DNA of 41,676 nt from Marine Group I thaumarchaeote. GTDB taxonomy: Archaea > Thermoproteota > Nitrososphaeria > Nitrososphaerales > Nitrosopumilaceae. The notes under the pieces are model-generated. The model was not told the DNA's origin and made no database searches. It worked only from the letters and a program-made list of their open reading frames with translations. Below are positions 31,915 to 41,214 of the stretch, piece by piece. The position numbers were made by a program, and so were the translations under genes. Location: contig CP054849.1 in the NCBI GenBank assembly GCA_044358425.1, positions 1,012,622 through 1,054,297 of the forward strand, written 5' to 3'. Positions within the stretch are counted from its first letter, which is position 1; each line of letters begins with the position of its first letter.

Positions 31915-32214
31915 TTAGCCGAATAAGGATGAGAGTCCTTCCATGGCTGCTTCTTCGTTTTTAGGTTCTTCTTTCTTTTCTTCTTTTGCTGGTGCATCTG
32001 CTGCTGCGTCGGCTGCCGGTGCGGCTGCTGCAACTGCTACAGGTGCGGCTTTAACTGCCTCATTGATGTCAACATCAGCTAAGGCTGCAACTAGTGATTT
32101 AACTTGGGCTTCATTAACTTCAGCGCCAGATGCTTTAACAACTGAACTGAGGTTTGCCTCGTTAACTTCTTTGTCTAGTTTATGAAGAAGTAAAGCAGCG
32201 TAAACATATTCCAT
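31915..32214 (-). CDS. rpl12: Ribosomal stalk protein P1 (aL12)
   Basis: [11 protein letters not shown], Ala-rich hinge, acidic tail EGLSSLFG. Confidence 0.96.
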   Translation of the reverse strand: MEYVYAALLLHKLDKEVNEANLSSVVKASGAEVNEAQVKSLVAALADVDINEAVKAAPVAVAAAAPAADAAADAPAKEEKKEEPKNEEAAMEGLSSLFG

Positions 32215-32272
32215 TGTACCATGAATCTCTTGGGGCATAATATAAAACTATGGCGAAGTGACGCCTGAAAAT

Positions 32273-32782
32273 TTAATTGAGAATTTTCAAACTTCTACAA
32301 ACAGCGTATAAAGTTCTCTTCAAGTTTGGATCGGTCAAAGTATCCATCCTATTTCTCAAAACTCTTTTTGCCTCATCTCTTTCAGTACCTGGAGCCAAAG
32401 ACAAAACAGTGTTAATGAATTCAGGAATTGATTCACGAATCCAACCATCTAAAACTGCATAAATTTTTGGAGGAAGAATATCACATTTATCAACATCAAG
32501 ATCTAAAACATCAGCATAATTTTCAGATTCAACTCGATACACCAATGCCAAAACAACATTGTCAGGAGTTGGATGATTAAGAATTTCTTCAGATCTTTCA
32601 CCAGTTTTACCTTGTGCAATCTTATTTTTGAGACCAATCGGATTTACAATTACACCATTAACTCCTACTTTTTGGCCATCCACACCGCTAACTACAGCAA
32701 AAATAAAGTCATTAAAATCACCATTTTTTTTAATTGAGAAAATATGAGTTCCTTCTTTAAGTTTAGGCTTGCTTCCAAACAT
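32273..32782 (-). CDS. Hypothetical protein
   Basis: 169-aa ORF from MFGSKPK, divergent from alaS. Confidence 0.75.
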   Translation of the reverse strand: MFGSKPKLKEGTHIFSIKKNGDFNDFIFAVVSGVDGQKVGVNGVIVNPIGLKNKIAQGKTGERSEEILNHPTPDNVVLALVYRVESENYADVLDLDVDKCDILPPKIYAVLDGWIRESIPEFINTVLSLAPGTERDEAKRVLRNRMDTLTDPNLKRTLYAVCRSLKILN

Positions 32783-32861
32783 AATTAGGATAAAAGATTG
32801 ATTGTATTTAATGTAATCATTAATCGACAATACTTAATATCGGAAAGAGGCATGCTCATCG

Positions 32862-35531
32862 TTGGATAAAAATCAGATTTTAAAAGAATTCTCTTCAGAT
32901 CCTGACAAATACTACAATGTCAAATTATTCCAAGAACAGGGATTTGTTAGAAAATCATGTTCCAAATGTGGACGATTTTTTTGGACTTTAGATTCAAACA
33001 GAACACTTTGTCCTGATGATGGCACTGATACATATTCATTCATTGGAGAACCACCAACATCAAAAAGATTTGATTATACACAAGCTTGGAAACAAGTTGA
33101 AGAATTTTTTGTAAAAAATAATCACACTTCAGTTAGCAGATATCCTGTAGTATGCAGATGGCGTGATGACTTGTATTTTACAATTGCATCAATTGTTGAC
33201 TTTCAAAGAATTATGGGTTCAAAAGTTGTTTTTGAATTTCCTGCAAATCCACTAGTTGTTCCACAAACATGTTTGAGATTCAAAGACTTGGAGAATGTAG
33301 GAGTAACTGGAAGACATTTTTCAAGCTTTTGTATGATTGGACAACACAGTGTTCCAAACAACCAAGGATATTGGAAAGATGAATGTGTTGATTTAGATTA
33401 CAGATTACTAACTGATCAATTTGGAATTAAAAAAGAAGAAGTAGTTTTTGTAGAAGATGTTTGGGCTGGTGGCGGTTCTTTTGGTCCATCACTAGAATAT
33501 TTTGTTAGAGGATTAGAATTAGGAAATGCAGTATTTACAGAGTTCCAAGGAGAACTAGGACAACATACAACATTAGACCAAAGGGTAATTGATATGGGTG
33601 CAGGGCTAGAGAGATTTGCATGGATTACAATGGGCACACCTACAGCCTACGATTGTTGTTTTGGACCAATTAATGAGAAATTATTTAATAAAATTGGAAT
33701 AGATTCAGATTCAGAAATTCTACGAAAGTACTTTACAGAAATTGCAAAAGAGATTGATAACTATGATGACCTTAATCAAGTAAGACGTCTTGCAATAAAG
33801 AATGCAGGAATTACAGATTCACAATTAACAAAAATGATTACACCAATGGAAGGAATGTATCTGATTGCAGATCATCTGCGTACGTTGATTTTTGCAATTA
33901 CTGATGGTGCACTTCCAAGTAATGTTGGAGGCGGATATAATCTCAGAATGATGTTGCGAAGAATTAATGCAACAGTAAGTAAACTAAATCTCAAACTAGA
34001 CATCGATGACTTGATTGATACACATATTGATTATCTAAAAGATACCTATCCAGAACTAGATGAAAAAAGAGAAGATGTCAAACAAATTCTCAAGATAGAA
34101 TCTGCCAGATATGAAGAATCAAAGGTACACATGAAGAAAAAAGCAGAGAAAATTCGTGAAAAAGGTACTCCAACAGTAGATGAACTCATAACATTTTACG
34201 AATCAGACGGAATTACTCCAGAATATCTAAAAGAAGTTGATGCAATTGCAGAAGTTCCATCATCATTTTACTCGAAATTATCAGATTTACACCAATCAGA
34301 AAAGAAAAAAGCAATTACAGAATTACCATTAGAGAAACTTCCAGAAACTGAGACTCTATTTTACAAAGATGACCCCATGGAATTTGAGGCTAAAGTAATC
34401 AAAGTATTTGATGATCAAGTGGTATTAGACAAAACATCATTTTATGCCAGAGGTGGAGGTCAGGAACCAGACCACGGAAGTATTGCAGGATTTGAAGTAG
34501 TTGATGTGGATAAACATGCAGACATTATTGTTCATAAATTAAAAGGTGGAACTCCAAATGAAGGGGATACAGTTAAGTGTAAAGTGGATGCAACAAGACG
34601 TTCTAACATTACTAAAAACCACACTAGTACCCACATCATCAATACATCAGCTCGAAGTGTATTAGGATCATGGGTTTGGCAACACTCTGCATTCAAAGAT
34701 GATGATCACGCAAGATTAGACATTACACATCATTCATCATTAAATGATGAACAAGTAAAACAAATCGAAGATGCAGCAAATAAAATGATTAAAGATAACT
34801 ATCCTGTAAAAATTGAATATTTTGATAGAGGTACTGCAGAACAACAATACGGATTTAGAATTTATCAAGGTGGAGTAGTTCCAGTAAAATCTGTAAGAAT
34901 TGTATCAATTGAAGATAAAGACATTGAAGCTTGTGGTGGAACCCATGTAAAGAAAACTGGAGATATAGAATTAATCAAAATTACAAAGACCAAGAGAATT
35001 CAAGACGGGGTTGTTCGTTTAGAATTTGTTTCAGGACCAAATGCATTTGAATATGTCAAAGAGCAAGAAGAAGAGTCAAAGAAAAAAGAACAACAAGCAA
35101 TTGAAAAACAACAATTAGAAAAACAAAGAGAAGAAAACAAAGACAAAGCAAGAGAGAAAATTCCAGTATTCATAGAGAAAATTCTAGCAGGAGAATCATT
35201 AGACTCTGAAGAAATCAACAGTAAAGGAAAACTTTGCTTTACATCAAGTAAAAATTATGATGATTATTTCAATCAAAACTTTGGCAAAAAGCTAGTTGCT
35301 AAAGACGACACTGCAGCATTTTGTGGAATTTTTGAAGCTGGGCCAACCATACGAGTAATGATATTTGCAGGTGAAAAATCAGGCGTAAATGCAGGTGAAA
35401 TTGCCAAGGAAATAGCCTCAATTTTAGGAGGTTCTGGAGGCGGCGATGCCAAATTTGCTCAAGGTGGAGGTAAAGACACATCTAAAAAAGACGAGGCAAT
35501 ACAAAAAGCAAAATCAATGATTTTAGGATAA
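32862..35531 (+). CDS. alaS: Alanine--tRNA ligase, archaeal type
   Basis: TIASI, VGVTGRH, DMGAGLER, ADHLRT, editing HTSTH and CGGTH, C-terminal GGSGGG. Confidence 0.97.
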   Translation: MDKNQILKEFSSDPDKYYNVKLFQEQGFVRKSCSKCGRFFWTLDSNRTLCPDDGTDTYSFIGEPPTSKRFDYTQAWKQVEEFFVKNNHTSVSRYPVVCRWRDDLYFTIASIVDFQRIMGSKVVFEFPANPLVVPQTCLRFKDLENVGVTGRHFSSFCMIGQHSVPNNQGYWKDECVDLDYRLLTDQFGIKKEEVVFVEDVWAGGGSFGPSLEYFVRGLELGNAVFTEFQGELGQHTTLDQRVIDMGAGLERFAWITMGTPTAYDCCFGPINEKLFNKIGIDSDSEILRKYFTEIAKEIDNYDDLNQVRRLAIKNAGITDSQLTKMITPMEGMYLIADHLRTLIFAITDGALPSNVGGGYNLRMMLRRINATVSKLNLKLDIDDLIDTHIDYLKDTYPELDEKREDVKQILKIESARYEESKVHMKKKAEKIREKGTPTVDELITFYESDGITPEYLKEVDAIAEVPSSFYSKLSDLHQSEKKKAITELPLEKLPETETLFYKDDPMEFEAKVIKVFDDQVVLDKTSFYARGGGQEPDHGSIAGFEVVDVDKHADIIVHKLKGGTPNEGDTVKCKVDATRRSNITKNHTSTHIINTSARSVLGSWVWQHSAFKDDDHARLDITHHSSLNDEQVKQIEDAANKMIKDNYPVKIEYFDRGTAEQQYGFRIYQGGVVPVKSVRIVSIEDKDIEACGGTHVKKTGDIELIKITKTKRIQDGVVRLEFVSGPNAFEYVKEQEEESKKKEQQAIEKQQLEKQREENKDKAREKIPVFIEKILAGESLDSEEINSKGKLCFTSSKNYDDYFNQNFGKKLVAKDDTAAFCGIFEAGPTIRVMIFAGEKSGVNAGEIAKEIASILGGSGGGDAKFAQGGGKDTSKKDEAIQKAKSMILG

Positions 35532-35538
35532 ATGAAAA

Positions 35539-38409
35539 ATGGAAATTAACTGGAACCAAATCGAAACCAAATGGCGAGCTAAATGGGATGAGTCAAAAGA
35601 CTTTGAAACAAATCCAAATGAGAAACCAAAAAAATTCATAACAGTTGCATATCCATATCCAAACTCACCACAACATATTGGACACGGAAGAACATACACA
35701 CTAGCTGATGTTCATGCAAGATTTTACCGAATGAGAGGATTCAACGTATTATTCCCAATGGGATTTCATTATACTGGCACACCTGTTTTGGGAATGGCAA
35801 AAAGAATCCAATCTCAAGAAAAAGAAATTCTTGATGGATTACGAAACATCTATCATGTTCCAGAAGAAGATATCAAAACGTTTGTTGAACCAATAAAGAT
35901 TGCAGATTATTTCCATGAAGAAATTAAAGCTGGAATGATTGAAATGGGTTATTCCATTGATTGGAGAAGAGAGTTTACTACAATTGTTCCAGGTTATCAA
36001 AAATTTATTGAATGGCAGATTACAACACTAAAAGAAAATGGAAAAATCATTCAAGGTTCACATCCAGTAGGATGGTGTCCACGTGATCAAAACCCTGTAT
36101 CACAACACGATACAATGGGAGATGTTGAACCAAAAATTGATGACAAGAACCATTTAGTCAAATTCAAGTTTGGTGAATACATATTTCCAGTAACAACACT
36201 TCGTCCTGAAACAATTTTTGGAATTACAAATCTCTGGGTTAATCCAAATACTATTTACAAAAAAATTAAAGCTGATGATGAAAAATGGATTGTTTCAGAA
36301 GAGTGTGCAAAGAAGATAGAATTCTTTGGAAAAGAAATTACAATTGAAGGAGATATTGCAGGAACTGAAATTATTGGGAAATATGCTACAGCATTACACA
36401 ACAATCAAGAGATTCCAATTTTAGAAGCAGAATTTGTAGAGCCTGCAATTGGAACAGGTCTAGTCATGTCAGTTCCAGCCCACGCACCAAAGGATTACCA
36501 GGCATTAATGGATCTCAAGGCTAAAAATCATGAATTAGCCTCAAAAATTGAGCCTATTCCAATTATTTCCACTGAAGGATATGGAGAGATTCCTGCAAAA
36601 GAGATTTGTGAGAAAATGGGAGTGTCAGACCAATCTGACCAAAAATTAGAAGAGGCAACAAATGAGTTATACCTCAAAGAATTCACAGATGGAAAATTAA
36701 ATGACAAATGTGGAGATTTCCAAAATGAGAAAGTTCAGTTTGGACGAAACAAAGTCAGAGACTGGTTAATGGAAAATAAACATCTAGAAAAATTCCCAGT
36801 ACTTGAAAATGCTCCAGTCAAATGTCGTTGTGGAACTGAATGTGTTGTTAAAGTTTTGAACAATCAATGGTTTTTGAATTATGGAGATGAAGAATGGAAA
36901 GAAACTGCTAGAAATTGTTTTGATGAGATGAACATTTTACCAAATAAAATTAGAACAGAATTCAAAGAAGTAATTGATTGGTTGCATGAAAGAGCATGTG
37001 CAAGACAACAAGGATTGGGAACTAATCTACCTTGGGATAAAGATTGGATTGTTGAGAGTTTATCGGACAGTGTAATTTACATGGCATACTATACCATGTC
37101 AAGATTTGTAAATGATGGAACACTAAAACCTGAAAATCTTACAAAAGAATTCTTTGATTTCATTTTACTAGATAAAGGAGATATTTCACTAGCTGTTAAT
37201 ACATCAAAATTATCTGAAGATGTAATTAGTATGGTCAAAAAAGAATTCCAATACTTTTATCCAGTTGACTCTAGACATTCAGGACGGGACCTAGTTCAAA
37301 ATCACTTGTCATTTTTTGTCTTAAATCACGTTGCAATATTTGAGAAAAAATTATGGCCACAAGAAATTGTTGTCAATGGTTCAGTAATGATGGATGGTGC
37401 AAAAATGAGTAAAAGTATGGGAAACATCATTCCACTACGAACTGCAATCAAAGACCATGGAGCAGACCCAATTAGATTAGCAATTATCTCATCAGCAGAG
37501 CTACTTCAAGATGCTGATTTCAATATGGACAGTGTAACTGGCATTCAAAGCAAGCTAGAATCACTACTAGAGGAGTGCAACAGTCTCAAAGCATCAGATG
37601 TAGGGGATTTGGAGGCTGAAGATAGATGGATTTTATCGAAAACTCAAGGCATGATTGCCCAAGTTACAGAAGCTGTAGAGAAAATGAGGCTAAGAGAAGG
37701 ACTCCATGACATACTATTTTCATTTGAATCTGATTTGAGCTGGTATTCAAAGAGAGTCGAGGCTAAAGAAAGAGACAATGTTTCAGGAATATTGCACAAA
37801 ATCAATTCAGCAAGAGTTGCAATGCTATCTCCATTTGCGCCACATATAGCTGAAGAGATGTGGGAAAAATTAGGATATACAGAACTTGCATCAAAATCAG
37901 CATGGCCTAAATTTTCAAAAGAAAATGTTGATGCCACATCAATTCAATCCGAAGAATTGTTAAAATCAACAATTGATGATATTGCAAATATCCTAAAAGT
38001 TACAAAAATTACTCCACAAAAAATTGTAATTTATGTAAACTCTGATGAATTCAAATCTAAAGTTTATAGAAAAATTTTAGGAATTATGGTAGGAGGACAA
38101 AACAATATGGGTGTAGTAATGAAAGAGTTGATTGCAGATACTCAAACTACAGATGCTAAAAAAATGCCAGACTTTATTCAAAAAGTAATCAAAGACTTGC
38201 ATTCAGAATCTGAAGAAATTAAATCAACAAAGTTAGAATCTGAAGAATTTGATGAAAAACAATTCTTGTCTGCAGAGCTATCAAGTATTGGTAAAAAAGA
38301 ATTCGGAGTAGACATTGAAGTGTTTGGTGCAACTGATGGCGATATTTATGATCCTAAAGGCAAAGCCAGACACGCAAGACCATTCAAACCAGCAATACTA
38401 ATTGAATAA
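35539..38409 (+). CDS. leuS: Leucine--tRNA ligase, archaeal type
   Basis: YPYPN..HIGH, TTLRPET and GTGLV editing domain, KMSKS, ARPFKPAILIE. Confidence 0.97.
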   Translation: MEINWNQIETKWRAKWDESKDFETNPNEKPKKFITVAYPYPNSPQHIGHGRTYTLADVHARFYRMRGFNVLFPMGFHYTGTPVLGMAKRIQSQEKEILDGLRNIYHVPEEDIKTFVEPIKIADYFHEEIKAGMIEMGYSIDWRREFTTIVPGYQKFIEWQITTLKENGKIIQGSHPVGWCPRDQNPVSQHDTMGDVEPKIDDKNHLVKFKFGEYIFPVTTLRPETIFGITNLWVNPNTIYKKIKADDEKWIVSEECAKKIEFFGKEITIEGDIAGTEIIGKYATALHNNQEIPILEAEFVEPAIGTGLVMSVPAHAPKDYQALMDLKAKNHELASKIEPIPIISTEGYGEIPAKEICEKMGVSDQSDQKLEEATNELYLKEFTDGKLNDKCGDFQNEKVQFGRNKVRDWLMENKHLEKFPVLENAPVKCRCGTECVVKVLNNQWFLNYGDEEWKETARNCFDEMNILPNKIRTEFKEVIDWLHERACARQQGLGTNLPWDKDWIVESLSDSVIYMAYYTMSRFVNDGTLKPENLTKEFFDFILLDKGDISLAVNTSKLSEDVISMVKKEFQYFYPVDSRHSGRDLVQNHLSFFVLNHVAIFEKKLWPQEIVVNGSVMMDGAKMSKSMGNIIPLRTAIKDHGADPIRLAIISSAELLQDADFNMDSVTGIQSKLESLLEECNSLKASDVGDLEAEDRWILSKTQGMIAQVTEAVEKMRLREGLHDILFSFESDLSWYSKRVEAKERDNVSGILHKINSARVAMLSPFAPHIAEEMWEKLGYTELASKSAWPKFSKENVDATSIQSEELLKSTIDDIANILKVTKITPQKIVIYVNSDEFKSKVYRKILGIMVGGQNNMGVVMKELIADTQTTDAKKMPDFIQKVIKDLHSESEEIKSTKLESEEFDEKQFLSAELSSIGKKEFGVDIEVFGATDGDIYDPKGKARHARPFKPAILIE

Positions 38410-38498
38410 TTAGTGTCGATTTTTGCAAGTCGAGCAGACATAAGCAAACTTTACTTCTGAATCATAAGGAATAGTAACTTTAGCTAGCTGTAGTATAG

Positions 38499-38677
38499 TA
38501 AATCCTCTACAAATCTTACAAATCCCTCGCAACAGTACTGATTGTAAAATTTAGAGTTAACCAGATGTGTCAAAATCTGGTTCGATCAAGGTCATGCGTA
38601 ATTTACCCACGAAATTAACTACTTTTTGCAAAATACACCATATGATTAAAGAAATAATTGGATTTGTATGGGATTTA
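38499..38677. repeat. Imperfect 17-bp terminal inverted repeat enclosing an internal 8-bp hairpin
   Basis: TAAATCCTCTACAAATC (38499-38515) versus the reverse complement of 38661-38677, TAAATCCCATACAAATC, 15/17 identical; AACCAGAT/ATCTGGTT at 38559-38582. Confidence 0.5.
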
Positions 38678-38702
38678 ATTTCAGGGCAATAAAAATAGTA
38701 AA

Positions 38703-39131
38703 TTAATTTTCTATATCTAAATCAACATGAACCTGTTGTATACATGAATTGAGTTGTTCTTCATTACCAATCCAGGTTTCACGACAATTCTGAAGTTGTT
38801 GTTCATATGTATTCCAAAACTCATCGCTTTGAAGGAGAGAATTTTTTCCATCCTTTGCCATTTGATAAACTTCAAGACCTGTAAATCCCTCATATCTTTG
38901 AATCATTTTTTCATGAGATGCTTCAAACCTTTTTAGTTCTTCTTTACATGTGTCTTGAGAATATCCCGATAATTCTTCACATTGTTTAATTTTTTGTTGT
39001 AATTCATAGTATGATAGTTCCAGATTTCTCAACTCCCTTTCTTTAACAAAATCACCATAATCAGCAGTTGCAATTATTCCAATGAATATACCAACAGCAA
39101 CTACAGCAATTACGACTCCAATTGTTCGCAT
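38703..39131 (-). CDS. Orphan protein with an N-terminal membrane anchor and two Cys-paired helical hairpins
   Basis: MRTIGVVIAVVAVGIFIGIIA TM; two C-x10-C pairs within helical Q/E/L-rich sequence. Confidence 0.7.
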   Translation of the reverse strand: MRTIGVVIAVVAVGIFIGIIATADYGDFVKERELRNLELSYYELQQKIKQCEELSGYSQDTCKEELKRFEASHEKMIQRYEGFTGLEVYQMAKDGKNSLLQSDEFWNTYEQQLQNCRETWIGNEEQLNSCIQQVHVDLDIEN

Positions 39132-39180
39132 TACTAGGGCATATTACTCATAGATATTATCCCTTTTCAAAAATAAAGTG

Positions 39181-39188
39181 AAAAAAAA
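39181..39188 (-). terminator. Oligo-T (T8) archaeal terminator after the repeat array
   Basis: A8 on the plus strand at 39181-39188, 9 nt past the last hairpin, followed by further T-rich sequence on the minus strand. Confidence 0.55.
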
Positions 39189-39197
39189 GAAGTTTTT

Positions 39198-39321
39198 GGG
39201 CTTAAGATCATTACCGCGAGGTATTCGATGAGAGCCCATGCCACTTAAGATCAGAAAGTATCCCTTTTCTGATGACAGTGTTCGTCTTAAGATCTCAAAC
39301 GATTGTTTGTAGATGACAGAC
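39198..39321 (-). ncRNA. Putative ncRNA of three tandem hairpin units with conserved boxes
   Basis: CTTAAGATC at 39201, 39244, 39286 and GATGA(G/C)AG at 39227, 39271, 39312; self-complementary 17-18 nt inserts; compensating outer stems; strand inferred from TATA and terminator. Confidence 0.6.
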
Positions 39322-39353
39322 TTGTTCTTGTAACATTACAAAGTCAATTTTGG

Positions 39354-39416
39354 TATATAACCAGCACTCATAATTTCTACTAGTGCTAAAATCCGATCAA
39401 ACTAGTGCCAGAAATT
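39354..39416 (-). promoter_or_regulatory. TATA box with upstream repeated ACTAGTGC sites
   Basis: TTATATA on the minus strand at 39354-39360; ACTAGTGC at 39379 and 39401 (22-bp period). Confidence 0.5.
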
Positions 39417-39464
39417 TAGAATTCAGATAGTCTATTTATTAGAGATAAGAAACTGCAAAGTATC

Positions 39465-40478
39465 TTGAAAATCGCAGTAATGGGAATGGGTGTAGCTGGA
39501 TCATACCTAATGGCCAGACTAAAAGACACAGAACACGAAGTTACAGGATATGAATTAAGATCAGAAGAAGCACATGACTCAATTTGTGCATGGGGAACAA
39601 TCAAACCAGTACTACAAGAATTTTGTAAAAAAACTGGCAGAAATTTTGATGACTTTTTAATTCATGACGGAAAAAGTATGCATGTCAAAATGAATGACAA
39701 TGTTAAATTCGATATCGGATTGCATGGAATGTGTACATATGACAAATTAGCTTTAATCAAAGATTTCATGAAAGATTCAAAAATAATTTACGGCAATCCA
39801 CCAAAAAAAGAAGAGTTAGAAAAAGAATATGACATGATAGTTGATTGTACTGGATTCCACAGAGTATACTTACCAAAGATGAAAGAAGATTTCTTTTTAC
39901 CAACTTATGAATACAAAGTAGAATACGAAAACGGAGTTCCATACGATGACTTTTACATTGAACCATTTCCAGGAATGTCTGGATACTTTTGGTATTTCCC
40001 ACTAGGTGAAAAATGGGCACATATTGGAGCAGGAGATTACAACAAAAATCACATTAAAGCAACAGATGCATTTCTAAAAAAACATGGAGGCAAAGTTGTC
40101 AAAACTAAAGGCCGTCCAATTAGACTTGCAACACCTGATAGATGCAAACCATACTACTCTGGAAAAGTTGTAGGAGTTGGCGAATCAATTGGTACAGTTT
40201 ATGCTCTACTTGGTGAAGGAATCATCCCATCCATGCAGTGTGTAGATATCTTTGTAGAAAACATGCATGACTTTGCAGCATATGAAAAAGCAGTTGAAAA
40301 ACATTACAAAGTGTATGCCAAAGTTTTCAATTTTGTCCGAGCAAAAATTCACAAAGACTTTAACTTTTTGAAAGCATTGCCTGACTTTTTAGCAATCTTC
40401 CGTTACATGAAAAAGAACGAAGACAGATTTGGAATGGATATCAGAATTGCAGATTTGCTAAAAGTTGCTAAAGCCTAA
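39465..40478 (+). CDS. Geranylgeranyl reductase-family FAD oxidoreductase
   Basis: GMGVAG FAD motif, GYFWYFP (YxWxFP), VGESIG...LLGEGI. Confidence 0.8.
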   Translation: MKIAVMGMGVAGSYLMARLKDTEHEVTGYELRSEEAHDSICAWGTIKPVLQEFCKKTGRNFDDFLIHDGKSMHVKMNDNVKFDIGLHGMCTYDKLALIKDFMKDSKIIYGNPPKKEELEKEYDMIVDCTGFHRVYLPKMKEDFFLPTYEYKVEYENGVPYDDFYIEPFPGMSGYFWYFPLGEKWAHIGAGDYNKNHIKATDAFLKKHGGKVVKTKGRPIRLATPDRCKPYYSGKVVGVGESIGTVYALLGEGIIPSMQCVDIFVENMHDFAAYEKAVEKHYKVYAKVFNFVRAKIHKDFNFLKALPDFLAIFRYMKKNEDRFGMDIRIADLLKVAKA

Positions 40479-41179
40479 GAGAAACTAACAGAACTAAATC
40501 CTTCTCTGTTTGTTCTATTACTTGCCATGTTGTAATCATAAATTGTTGTAGAATATGCTTGAAGTTCTTCTTTCATTTGATCCAAATTATCTGCAAGATA
40601 AAATCCTGGGCAATCACCTGTAAATTGATAAGTTGCATGAACACGTGCCTTTCCACCTTCATTTTCTAGCCAACTTGCAAATGGGTAAAGATAACAAACT
40701 CCAGGTCTGTCAGGATGCATACTACAACCTCCCTTATCATCTAAAAATCGACATGAAATGTGAGTTCCATCTTCTTCAGGAGTCTCATCTGTTTTTCTTT
40801 TGAGGTTAATTGTAGTCATTGTAGTCATTTGACCAGATGGACCAGGTTCATCATAAGTTACAGTTAGAGTCTCATTTTTGATAAATTCTGCAGTGTTTTT
40901 GTATTTCAGACCTTTGCCAATTGTGATTAGATCATCAGAAGTTAGTGGCAATCTACCTTGTCTATCACAACAATTGTGACAATCAGGCCAAAAGCATTTC
41001 CACAAGATATATTTTTTTTCTGAATTAAGAAATGGAACATGAAAAACTACATCTTTGACTTTTACTGCATAGTCAGAGACATCAGTAATTTGACCTAATA
41101 CGAATTTTCTCAAGATAGGATCAAAATCCCAATCCTTTTCTAACAAATCTAATGATTCTTGAATTTCTTTTTGAGACAA
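40475..41179 (-). CDS. YkgJ-family cysteine-cluster (CxxCC) protein
   Basis: C...CHNCC, CRFLD...CSMHPDRPGVCYLYPF, CPG. Confidence 0.85.
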   Translation of the reverse strand: MSQKEIQESLDLLEKDWDFDPILRKFVLGQITDVSDYAVKVKDVVFHVPFLNSEKKYILWKCFWPDCHNCCDRQGRLPLTSDDLITIGKGLKYKNTAEFIKNETLTVTYDEPGPSGQMTTMTTINLKRKTDETPEEDGTHISCRFLDDKGGCSMHPDRPGVCYLYPFASWLENEGGKARVHATYQFTGDCPGFYLADNLDQMKEELQAYSTTIYDYNMASNRTNREGFSSVSFS

Positions 41180-41214
41180 GTATTCAGTTATATCCGCTTT
41201 TGCAGATCTTATTA

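Noticed and set aside
39269-39275. Hammerhead ribozyme core or C box (CTGATGA)
   Set aside because: Present in only one unit; no correctly placed GAAA after a stem II and no D box (CTGA) partner.
39198-39321. CRISPR mini-array or TIGR array
   Set aside because: Repeats are only 8-9 nt, the variable parts are self-complementary hairpins rather than free spacers, and no cas or Nop-domain gene is in the window.
39198-39321. Three-hairpin H/ACA guide RNA (cbf5 is in the window)
   Set aside because: No K-turn/K-loop in the upper stems, no consistent ACA/ANA after each hairpin, and the internal loops are too small and near-identical to be guide pockets.
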